Below, one piece after another: positions 54,388 through 62,924 of a stretch of DNA of 64,000 bases. Where the stretch lies: the NCBI GenBank assembly GCA_001821395.1, contig MHLM01000001.1, forward strand, positions 64,001-128,000, read 5' to 3'. How positions within the stretch are numbered: the stretch's first letter is position 1; each line of letters starts with the position of its first letter. Position numbers and translations under genes: made by a program. The notes under the pieces were generated by a model. The model did no database searches. It saw only the letters and a program-made list of their open reading frames with translations, and had not been told where the DNA came from. The DNA is from Candidatus Lloydbacteria bacterium RIFCSPHIGHO2_02_FULL_50_18. Lineage in GTDB: Bacteria > Patescibacteriota > Minisyncoccia > Phycocordibacterales > UBA6899.

Positions 54388-56091
54388 TCATAAGGGCGTC
54401 AGACCGACACTAAAGACATGTTTCACCGTGGAGCCAGACGTCCCAATGCTATCGATAACCCCCGTTACTCCCGGTGCAACAATGAACCTGCGATAACTGG
54501 CCCTCGAGAAATCTGATGTGTTTGCACCGCGATCGTAATCTTCGGTCCACCCGCCCCCCTGCGTGAGCGGATTGGCAAACGTGCGCACGGTGGTAGTGTA
54601 CATGCTTGCAAAGACGAGCACTGTTGTGTTGGCGGTTGGAATCGTCATTGATGCGGCACGATAGGTCGTATTACTGACCACGTATTTCGTATTTGAAAAT
54701 ACAGAAATGGGATTTAAGACATCAAAGCAACCACGATATGCGGATAGCGTTACTGCGATCTTTGAGGCGGCGCTAAATCCAAATGTATAATTTGCCCCCT
54801 CAGCCGCTCCTGCGATCTTGTAATAGAGTGCCTGATTGTAGTTACCATTCCTGTGACGGCCGACAAGATTCCATCCAGCGGGTATCACCGACAATCTATC
54901 GATATTTGCGGCAGGATTATGAAGGATGTGAGCAAAAAGAATATCCCCCGCGGCGACTCCGGTTGGCTTCGTTACAACCGCTGAAGCAGATGACGCAGAA
55001 TCGTACACGGTTGGAATACCGACCGGTGCTGAGGCAACAACGCAAGTAGCTGCACCCGTCGTAAATGTTCCATCAGCTGAATAGCCCGTTCCCGTGGTGT
55101 TTATCGCATAGCCACGATAGTAGTACGTCGTTGCTGCAGTGAATCCCGTACGTGCCTGGGTAAATATGCCAAGCGTCGTTCCTCCTTCCGCGACACAATT
55201 TGTCGTAGGTGCGGGTGTTGTTCCCCAACATATTCCGCGCTCTCCGATCGAGGCCGGAATACCGAGTGACGTGACGTTTGCTCCAAGTGTCGCGGTCGTC
55301 TCGGTAATAAGGGCTGCGGTTGGAGTAGTAACCGTGGGGATCACATATTCTTCATACGTAATAGTGCATAATTTTGTGTCGCCATTGGCAAGCATAATGC
55401 TATTTCCAAGGCAATCAGCAGAAAGTGTCAGAGCGTAATTGGGGTCGATCGTTGTCAAAAAAGTGTACACACCGGGACCGAGCGTCATCGTGAACGGTGA
55501 ATAAACGATCGGAATATTCACGGTATTCTGCACGGGTGGTTCTACGGAATTATCCCACGCCAACGTCTGAAGACTATTGGGAAGGAAGTCGCCGAGGACT
55601 TTTGTACCACCATGATTCACTACCGTCTTGTTCACCGTGAGCCCAATATTGAGCGGTGCACGCCAATTCGTAAGATACGTATCCATGGCAACCGTGTGAA
55701 TTCCTAGAACCTGGTCTTCCCACGAAACGACCGTATGTATCCTCTTTTGATCGCTATTGACGGTCGAGAGCGTGACCGTTCGCGAGAAAATACCCTGCAC
55801 ATCGAATGAACCGGATAGGGCCCAAACATTAGCGAGATTGGCGAGACCATAAGTGCCGTCGGGCAAATTTACGAAATCATACTGCGCATCGCGCAGATTT
55901 CTTATTATCTCAAAAGATGCTTCGGCAAGAAAAGCGGCTCTCTCACTGTTCGCGACATGTCGCGCATTACGTGCAACGGTTGTTGTGGCACCTATTGTAG
56001 CAACAACAAAAACCATAAACACTGATAATGCGATCAGTATCTCGATCAAAGAAGATCCGCGACTATTAATATGTGATGGTACCTTTTGCAT
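54388..56091 (-). CDS. Large (567 aa) prepilin-domain protein, probable tip/adhesin minor pilin
   Basis: 'INSRG|SSLIEILIALSVFMVFVV' has Glu+5. Long Thr/Gly/Ala-rich C-terminal region with Cys pairs. Confidence 0.6.
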   Translation of the reverse strand: MQKVPSHINSRGSSLIEILIALSVFMVFVVATIGATTTVARNARHVANSERAAFLAEASFEIIRNLRDAQYDFVNLPDGTYGLANLANVWALSGSFDVQGIFSRTVTLSTVNSDQKRIHTVVSWEDQVLGIHTVAMDTYLTNWRAPLNIGLTVNKTVVNHGGTKVLGDFLPNSLQTLAWDNSVEPPVQNTVNIPIVYSPFTMTLGPGVYTFLTTIDPNYALTLSADCLGNSIMLANGDTKLCTITYEEYVIPTVTTPTAALITETTATLGANVTSLGIPASIGERGICWGTTPAPTTNCVAEGGTTLGIFTQARTGFTAATTYYYRGYAINTTGTGYSADGTFTTGAATCVVASAPVGIPTVYDSASSASAVVTKPTGVAAGDILFAHILHNPAANIDRLSVIPAGWNLVGRHRNGNYNQALYYKIAGAAEGANYTFGFSAASKIAVTLSAYRGCFDVLNPISVFSNTKYVVSNTTYRAASMTIPTANTTVLVFASMYTTTVRTFANPLTQGGGWTEDYDRGANTSDFSRASYRRFIVAPGVTGVIDSIGTSGSTVKHVFSVGLTPL

Positions 56092-56554
56092 TGATGATAA
56101 TATTCCTTACACCAAAACTATTCGTGAGCGTTACCGAACCTGCCCCACCCGTGTTTCCCGTAACTTTCTCGAAGACGATCTCGGAAAGCCCTCCTGCGAA
56201 TACGCCACTCGGCAGGTCGAGCTTCTGGTCTGCTGAGATATCTCTTAGGGCATAGACCCCACCCTTAAAGACGACCACGGAACTCGTAAGTAATGCTACC
56301 CCCCATGGTGAGTCGGCTTTCCCCGACTCCGCATTCGCCTGTGCGTGACGGAGCGCCCCGACGACTCCCATCGTCGCGATCTCGAGATTTTCATGAGCCT
56401 TGAAACTGCCGTAGACTGTTATGGAGACCGCAGTAAGCAACATTATAATGCCAACGACCACGATCAACTCGACGAGTGTGATCCCACGGTGTGATGATCC
56501 TTTAATTGATCTGACTTGATAGTCCATATAGTGGTCCCATGATAGCGAGCACAA
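56066..56554 (-). CDS. Type IV pilin (major-pilin-sized, ~150 aa)
   Basis: 'SSHRG|ITLVELIVVVGIIMLLTAV' has Glu+5. Overlaps downstream gene by 26 nt. Likely start at internal Met 56527. Confidence 0.65.
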   Translation of the reverse strand: MCSLSWDHYMDYQVRSIKGSSHRGITLVELIVVVGIIMLLTAVSITVYGSFKAHENLEIATMGVVGALRHAQANAESGKADSPWGVALLTSSVVVFKGGVYALRDISADQKLDLPSGVFAGGLSEIVFEKVTGNTGGAGSVTLTNSFGVRNIIINAKGTITY

Positions 56555-57638
56555 TAAAGCCGACGATCAGACCCACCACGATCAAAACGATCGGTTCTAA
56601 TATGGTGGCAAGATCACGCGACATTGCGTCTGTTTTTTCTTCAAAAATAATACCGATGCGGATGAATGTTTCCGACAACTTCCCGGACTTTTCGGCGGAG
56701 ATAATAAGCTGCTGTATCGGAATGGGAATGAATCGATCTATGTTCAGTAGACTGCCAAATGCTTCTCTGAACGATTCCCCGCGGAGCACGCTTGATTGCA
56801 GGTGCTCATAAAACCTTGCGTATGAGTCATATGATGTCCCTCTTTTGACCGAATCAAGCGCGTCAGCAACCGGGAATCCGGCTTGCAAAAGCACGCCGAA
56901 GATATACCCGAAACGCGCAACCTCGACCCCCTGCACGAGATCTTTTATCCCTGGTATGTGAAAAAGAATTACATCGCCGATGAATTTGGTTCTTTTATAA
57001 AAAAAACATGTATATACCAGAAGACCGATAGCGATGACGGATATAGGCACCGCAAAAGCACCATACTGCTCAAAGAAAGAGCCCATAGAGACCAATATTC
57101 TCGTCGCAAGAGGAAGCTCTCCCTTTGTTTCTGAAAAAATAGCGACAATCTTCGGTAGCACGAGCCACGCACTTCCCAGTGCGATGATAAGAGCGAGAAA
57201 AAAGACGATGCCCGGATACAACAATGCGGACCGGAGTCGTGAGTGGAACATCTTCTCTTTGTGCTGCTGAACGGTGACAAGATTCAAATGATCTGACAGC
57301 CTTCCCGCCTCCTCACCCGAACGAATGAGCGAGATGATGCGTTCTGAAAAAAGTTTTGTCTCCGAAAACGACCTCCAAAGCGGCATTCCCGAATTCACCA
57401 TCGACTCGATCGCAGCGGTAATCTTCTTCATCTTGCGTGTCTTGACCGAAAGACTGAGTGCTGCAAGGGCTGCGGATATCCCCATACCGGAAGAAATGAG
57501 CAGGCTCAAGTTTTCGATGAAATAGTCACGCTCATCACCGAAACCAACACTGAGGTACGGCCAGTCGGGGCGATATTCGAATGGGACTTCTTTAAAACCC
57601 TCATGTTCACGCGATTTTCGAAATTTTATTTGTTGCAT
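56502..57638 (-). CDS. pilC: Type IV pilus/T2SS platform protein (GspF/PilC family)
   Basis: Duplicated T2SSF domains, 3 TM segments, 378 aa. Between pilB and pilins. Confidence 0.8.
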   Translation of the reverse strand: MQQIKFRKSREHEGFKEVPFEYRPDWPYLSVGFGDERDYFIENLSLLISSGMGISAALAALSLSVKTRKMKKITAAIESMVNSGMPLWRSFSETKLFSERIISLIRSGEEAGRLSDHLNLVTVQQHKEKMFHSRLRSALLYPGIVFFLALIIALGSAWLVLPKIVAIFSETKGELPLATRILVSMGSFFEQYGAFAVPISVIAIGLLVYTCFFYKRTKFIGDVILFHIPGIKDLVQGVEVARFGYIFGVLLQAGFPVADALDSVKRGTSYDSYARFYEHLQSSVLRGESFREAFGSLLNIDRFIPIPIQQLIISAEKSGKLSETFIRIGIIFEEKTDAMSRDLATILEPIVLIVVGLIVGFIVLAIMGPLYGLSSQIN

Positions 57639-57647
57639 GGTCGTTTA

Positions 57648-59294
57648 TTAAGAACCGACAACACGAAGCACTTCTTCGATGGTTGTCATACCAGCTTTTA
57701 CTTTTTCGATGCCATCCTCAAACATGGAGACGAATCCCTGGCTCTTGATGAGCGCCATCACGTCTTTGGTCGACGGGCTCTTTGCAATAAGATTTTGTAG
57801 CTCAGGAGAGGTGCTTAAAAACTCAAATACTCCGATACGCCCCTTATACCCAGTATGCGAACAAACCTCACAGCCGTTTCCCTTATAAAGGGTCGCCCCA
57901 TCCTTAAAATGTCGGGCAACCTCCGAGCCAAACGACTCGAGCTCAGCGACCTTGTTTATGCGAAAACTTACCTTACACGAATCACAAATTTTGCGTACGA
58001 GCCTTTGACCAACGATCAACTCGAGCGTCGAGCCGACCAAAAATGGCTCAACGCCCATATCGATGAAACGTGGGATTGCTGTTGCCGCATTATTGGCGTG
58101 AAAGGTCGAAAGCATTAGATGCCCCGTCAACGCTGCGTTGACCGCGATATCAGCCGTTTCAAGATCGCGGATTTCTCCGACAAAGATGGTGTTCGGGTCT
58201 TGACGCATGATCGCGCGAAGTCCGTTTCCGAACGTCAGATTCGTCTGAGTATTGACCTGGATCTGATTTATTCCGTGGATCTTATATTCGACCGGATCTT
58301 CGATCGTCGTGATGTTCGTGCCCCTCGTATTGATGATCTTGATGATCGAGTAGAGCGTTGTTGTCTTACCGCTCCCCGTAGGACCAGTTACTAGGATCAT
58401 GCCGAACGGCTTCTTTGCGCTTTTAATGATCTGTTCCTGTAATGCGAGAGATAATCCAATGTCACTCAGACCGAGATCACGGACGGATGAAGAAAGAATG
58501 CGGATAGCGACCTTTTCCCCGTCGAGCGTAGGAACTATCGACACCCGGAGGTCGACCATCTCTGTGTGACTCGGAGATGCGTAGCGAATGACCCCGTCCT
58601 GTGCACTGAAATGCTCATCGATACGTAACTTGGACTGGACCTTCAAACGATTGACGATATTCTCATAGTATTCTTTCGGCATTTCGCCGACATCATGAAG
58701 TACGCCGTCTATCCTGAAGCGGATGACAACGCGATGCTCTTCGGGTTCACAATGAATATCGGACACCTTGAGCAGTAACGCCTCCTCAAATATCTGATTG
58801 ATGATCTCCGGAGCTGCACGCCCCTTGCTATCGATGATCTTCGCGAAGATCGCCCCTAATCCCAGATGGTAGTTCGCAAAGATAGCATCAATTTCATCAG
58901 GGATTGCGAGAGTGATCGTCAGTTTTTTATCGGGAAATAGCGGCTGCAGATTCGCCAAGAGTTCTTCCTGTGTGGGGTCATCAGTTGCGATGACTACGTC
59001 TGAACCTTTTTGTGAATAAACTACCGTACGATATTTTTTGGCAAGCTCCTCGGGAATAAGAAAAACCTGTTCTTTTCTGGGGCTGTGCGCTTCGAGATCG
59101 GAATAAGAAACCCCGAAAGACTCTGCGAATGCCTGACCGATGATTGCCCTCGAAAGCAAGCCCTGACCGAGCAAATAATCAACGAATGAACCGCGATGTT
59201 CTTTCGCGTATTCTTCCGCGATTGCAATATCTTTTTCTTCGATATAATTCCCGGCAAGAAGAACTTTTTTGATCGCTTCGTCATTAAAATTCAT
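57648..59294 (-). CDS. pilB: Type IV pilus assembly ATPase (GspE/PilB family)
   Basis: N-terminal T2SSE_N region. Walker A 'VTGPTGSGKTTTLYS'. Asp box/Walker B 'MRQDPNTIFVGEIRD'. His box. Tetracysteine 'CDSC...CEVCSHTGYKGR'. Confidence 0.85.
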   Translation of the reverse strand: MNFNDEAIKKVLLAGNYIEEKDIAIAEEYAKEHRGSFVDYLLGQGLLSRAIIGQAFAESFGVSYSDLEAHSPRKEQVFLIPEELAKKYRTVVYSQKGSDVVIATDDPTQEELLANLQPLFPDKKLTITLAIPDEIDAIFANYHLGLGAIFAKIIDSKGRAAPEIINQIFEEALLLKVSDIHCEPEEHRVVIRFRIDGVLHDVGEMPKEYYENIVNRLKVQSKLRIDEHFSAQDGVIRYASPSHTEMVDLRVSIVPTLDGEKVAIRILSSSVRDLGLSDIGLSLALQEQIIKSAKKPFGMILVTGPTGSGKTTTLYSIIKIINTRGTNITTIEDPVEYKIHGINQIQVNTQTNLTFGNGLRAIMRQDPNTIFVGEIRDLETADIAVNAALTGHLMLSTFHANNAATAIPRFIDMGVEPFLVGSTLELIVGQRLVRKICDSCKVSFRINKVAELESFGSEVARHFKDGATLYKGNGCEVCSHTGYKGRIGVFEFLSTSPELQNLIAKSPSTKDVMALIKSQGFVSMFEDGIEKVKAGMTTIEEVLRVVGS

Positions 59295-59306
59295 AAAAAT
59301 TACTCG

Positions 59307-59711
59307 TTATTTTTTTTGAAATAATTGTTCGACCCTTCTAATAACCTCGGCGATCGGCGTATCGGATTTGGAAATAAAGTCTGTAGCCCCCAGTGAGCGC
59401 GCCTTCTTCTCGTCTTCTTCCTGACTAAGATTCGACAAAACGAGAATGGGTATCTTGTTGTTTTTTTTCTGTAATCGTTCAAGGACCTCAAAGCCGTTCA
59501 CGATAGGCATGATGAGGTCGCACACGAGAAGATCAAAATGAGAGCGTTCAATCAAGGAGAGCGCCTCTTCTCCGTTCGGCACACTCTCCGCATAAAAACC
59601 CGAATTTTGGAGTTTTAAAACAAGCGCACGTGAATACGCCCTTTCATCCTCAGCAATAAGAATCCTCTTCTTACTTTTCTCACTTGGCGGCATCAATAAA
59701 GTGTAACACAA
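59307..59711 (-). CDS. Stand-alone CheY-like response-regulator receiver (PilH-like)
   Basis: 'KRILIAEDE', phospho-acceptor 'LLVCDLIMP', 'VLSNL...K' Lys. No output domain. First gene of the pilus operon. Confidence 0.8.
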   Translation of the reverse strand: MCYTLLMPPSEKSKKRILIAEDERAYSRALVLKLQNSGFYAESVPNGEEALSLIERSHFDLLVCDLIMPIVNGFEVLERLQKKNNKIPILVLSNLSQEEDEKKARSLGATDFISKSDTPIAEVIRRVEQLFQKK

Positions 59712-59859
59712 TTTTTATAGAAGCTTTAATTTATTGCATACGTGAATATGCCAACAAGCGATAGTTTCCGTACGAACGATTTACCAAATTCTCATCTGGT
59801 AGACATCGCAACCATGGCAATGGGGCTTAGCGCTCAGTCAACCGCGCATGACCGATGGT

Positions 59860-61320
59860 TTATGATCCTTTATGCGATGCCTCCTCGAGCTTCTCCTTAA
59901 GATCGGCTATCTCTTTTTTTAATTCGGTCATCTTCAACTCCCGTCCGATCATGAATTTATTCATCTGCTCGGTTTCTTTCATCATTTTTTTCAGATCGTC
60001 CGTTCGCACGGCCACTTTCACTTCAAGACTCTTGTCTTTTTCCTCGAGTGATCGCTTGAATTCTTCCGTCCTGTCTAAGACTTCTTTTTCAAGATATTTA
60101 CTTTTTTCTTCCATCACTTTTTCCAATTCTTTCGTGCGTTCACGCACCTTGTTCTCAAGGGCCGTAAAGGTATCCCCCAAGCTAGTAGTCATAGCATTCA
60201 TCGTTTCAGCGAGTTCGCCGAATTCATCGTCCGTCTTGACCTCTACCCGCTGGGAAAAATCTCCCCTCTTGATCGCCTCCGACAGTGACCGTAATTTTGA
60301 AAGCGGGCTAATAAAAATGATTATTGCACGATACGTCAAAAAGGAGACGAGCAAGATACCTAACAAAAAAATCGCGATGATCTTCATGACAATCGACAGT
60401 ACGGTGTCTTCAACACCTTGCATCCCGATCTCTGAGACCAGGTAGAATGGGAGGTCGTCAAATTTGATCACTGAAATATTCTCGTTTTCGTTATCTTTCG
60501 GATCAAAATAGTTTATTGTGACACTCCCGGTGTAGGTATCTATGATCTTTTGCACCTCGTTATATTGAAGCGGTACCACCTCTTTGCCAAGCAACTTATT
60601 CGTCTCTGCGATTAATGCGGAATTCTCAGGAGAAAGAGCGCCGATGCTTTTTAAAAAACGATCCGGGCGGTTTGAGACCAAAATGATGCCAAAACCATCA
60701 GTAAGCATTACGGAACTTGTGTTTGACAGCTCACTGCGCAAGATCGAATTGTCGATCTCAGTATTACTAGCCTTGACCACCACAATTCCGATCACAGTAC
60801 CACCGTCATCTTTTACTGGATAAGAAAAATAATAACCAAATTGATTACTTACGCTGCCGATCGCGTTATCAATATACGCTTCGCCGCGCATTGCAAATTT
60901 ATAATAATCGCGAAAACTATAATTCTGACCGACGAAACGCACATCTGTTGAAACAACACCTGAGCCGTGAGTATCCAAGAGGTAAATGGCAAGATACTTG
61001 CTGTTTTCCTTTGTGTAACCTGAAAAAACATCTAAAAGTTCTTTCCCTTTCGTCTCGTTCGGATTGAGGAAATACTCTCTCACCAGGGAATTCGTCCCAA
61101 GCATTTTTGAAAAAAGCTGATCGGTCTTAATGATCTGAGCGGTATAGTGGACCTGTTCGATCGCTATCTTGTTGATGTTGCTGATGTTCCCTTCAATGAG
61201 CGCGATATTGACGTAGAAATAGGTGACGAGCGTCGTAAGCGCGCATAAAAAAATAGACAATAAAACAAATAGGATCGTGATCTTTGCTCGTACTGAAGAA
61301 ATTCGGATCTTGGGTAACAT
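59860..61320 (-). CDS. Membrane sensor paralog: Cache-like extracellular domain + HAMP + long coiled coil, no kinase/output domain
   Basis: N-terminal ~400 aa closely paralogous to 45105-46925 (same TM/HAMP 'SPLSKLRSLSEAIKRGDFSQRVEV'). C-terminus is ~100 aa of heptad repeats ending the ORF. Confidence 0.7.
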   Translation of the reverse strand: MLPKIRISSVRAKITILFVLLSIFLCALTTLVTYFYVNIALIEGNISNINKIAIEQVHYTAQIIKTDQLFSKMLGTNSLVREYFLNPNETKGKELLDVFSGYTKENSKYLAIYLLDTHGSGVVSTDVRFVGQNYSFRDYYKFAMRGEAYIDNAIGSVSNQFGYYFSYPVKDDGGTVIGIVVVKASNTEIDNSILRSELSNTSSVMLTDGFGIILVSNRPDRFLKSIGALSPENSALIAETNKLLGKEVVPLQYNEVQKIIDTYTGSVTINYFDPKDNENENISVIKFDDLPFYLVSEIGMQGVEDTVLSIVMKIIAIFLLGILLVSFLTYRAIIIFISPLSKLRSLSEAIKRGDFSQRVEVKTDDEFGELAETMNAMTTSLGDTFTALENKVRERTKELEKVMEEKSKYLEKEVLDRTEEFKRSLEEKDKSLEVKVAVRTDDLKKMMKETEQMNKFMIGRELKMTELKKEIADLKEKLEEASHKGS

Positions 61321-61432
61321 AGAGGTCTTTCTTATGAAAAAACGTCACACGTGTCGTTGCTATAATGATAGCACCAATGGCCATTGAACAAAAATAACTG
61401 GGGCACGAAGTTCCCCGTATATGATCAGGGCG

Positions 61433-61825
61433 CTACGCACCGTAGGGATTGCTGCCATTCGCCCAACTTGATTCGAGATAGACCGCAGGACTGTCGGGGA
61501 GGAGTTTTCCCGTTTGCATATTTTGGATATGTACAAGCGGAGTTGCTCCGCCATTGCGCGCGATGATGACCCAGCTTAGTTCCGGATGTTGCTCTGCTAC
61601 TTCGCCATACATGAATCCACGAAATGCGTCAGTTCCGGAATCAATCACCATTGCCTCGGGGAAATTGTGAGCGATGTTTCTCGCCACTGCACTTTCAGCC
61701 AAGATCGGCAGATCGCGAAATTCCAGATGGGTTCCTTTTATTTTTTTTTGCAGCCAAACTGCGCGATAAGCGGACGGACCGCCTTCATAGTGTTCATTCT
61801 GGTTGATCTGTTCAAAATTATTCAT
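61433..61825 (-). CDS. Hypothetical soluble protein (130 aa)
   Basis: Isolated ORF, no recognisable motif. Confidence 0.4.
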   Translation of the reverse strand: MNNFEQINQNEHYEGGPSAYRAVWLQKKIKGTHLEFRDLPILAESAVARNIAHNFPEAMVIDSGTDAFRGFMYGEVAEQHPELSWVIIARNGGATPLVHIQNMQTGKLLPDSPAVYLESSWANGSNPYGA

Positions 61826-62250
61826 AGTCTCTGTAATTATACAATACGTGAGCCCTTGGATTCAATTATATCTTTATTATATACGTCTCCCCCATGCAGC
61901 ACACCTCTTAAATATTAGCGCTGAGACTGTTCAAAGTGCTGCGGGGCTTGGAGTCACCCACATGTCCTGACAAAAAGATATTCACTACAATCTTTTTGCT
62001 GAATGAATCGGTCTCGGAAAAATCATACCAACCACAGTGGGGATATACCACCCCTTCTACTCTCGTAACTAGGCGTCTCGGTCACTATTTCATTCATAAC
62101 GCCGGCGGCGCCACTGTCTCTCTCAAATTTTCTGGACAAAATGCTCGCACGACCAACAAGGGGTTTGTCTACTCACCAGAAAAGTACAGAATATAGGTAT
62201 CCCCCTGCCAACTTGGGAGTATGCACAGAAATAAAATCAATACCCGCTGG

Positions 62251-62913
62251 CTAATCCTCTTTTTCTATGAGACCGTCTTTCAACCAAATCACTCGGTCCA
62301 TATACTTTCTATCCTCCGGCTCGTGGGTGATCATAATGATGGTCTGATTGAGCTCCTTGTTCAGCTTCTGAAAAAGCCGATACACCACCTCCGATGAAAC
62401 CGTGTCGAGATTTGCAGTTGCTTCATCTGCAAAGAGTATTTTGGGGCTATTAATGAGGGCCCGCGCAATCGCAACGCGCTGTTGTTCACCGCCTGACATC
62501 TCTCCAGGGTAATGATGCAGTCTCTCTTCTAATCCCACAAGCTTCAAGAGTTCTGAAGCTCGTTCCTCGTTATGCGTACCACCAAGGGCCATTCCGGGAA
62601 AATAAACATTCTCAAGTGCAGTAAATTCAGCAATAAGCGCATACTCCTGAAATACATACCCCAAATGATTAAGACGAAATGAGGTGCGCTCAGCATCAGA
62701 AAGGGCAAGAATATCAACATTATCGATGAGCACTGTGCCGGATGTCGGAATATCAAGAAGTCCCAATTGATGCAAGAGTGTTGATTTACCGGATCCACTT
62801 CTCCCCATGAGCGCGACAAACTCGCCCTTCTTTATTTCAAACGAAACCCCCCTCAACGCTCGAGTTGGAACTTCTCCGGGATATGTCTTTGTAAGATTGT
62901 TTACCTTGATCAT
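62251..62913 (-). CDS. ABC transporter ATP-binding protein (MacB/LolD/FtsE-like)
   Basis: Walker A 'GRSGSGKSTLL', Q-loop, signature 'LSGGEQQRVAIARAL', Walker B 'ILFADEAT', H-loop 'MITHE'. Confidence 0.85.
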   Translation of the reverse strand: MIKVNNLTKTYPGEVPTRALRGVSFEIKKGEFVALMGRSGSGKSTLLHQLGLLDIPTSGTVLIDNVDILALSDAERTSFRLNHLGYVFQEYALIAEFTALENVYFPGMALGGTHNEERASELLKLVGLEERLHHYPGEMSGGEQQRVAIARALINSPKILFADEATANLDTVSSEVVYRLFQKLNKELNQTIIMITHEPEDRKYMDRVIWLKDGLIEKED

Positions 62914-62924
62914 AATGAATGTGT

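Noticed and set aside
61936-62196. 86-aa + strand ORF in the 425-bp gap
   Set aside because: No RBS, no motifs, composition unlike neighbouring genes. Kept only as a note within the gap finding.
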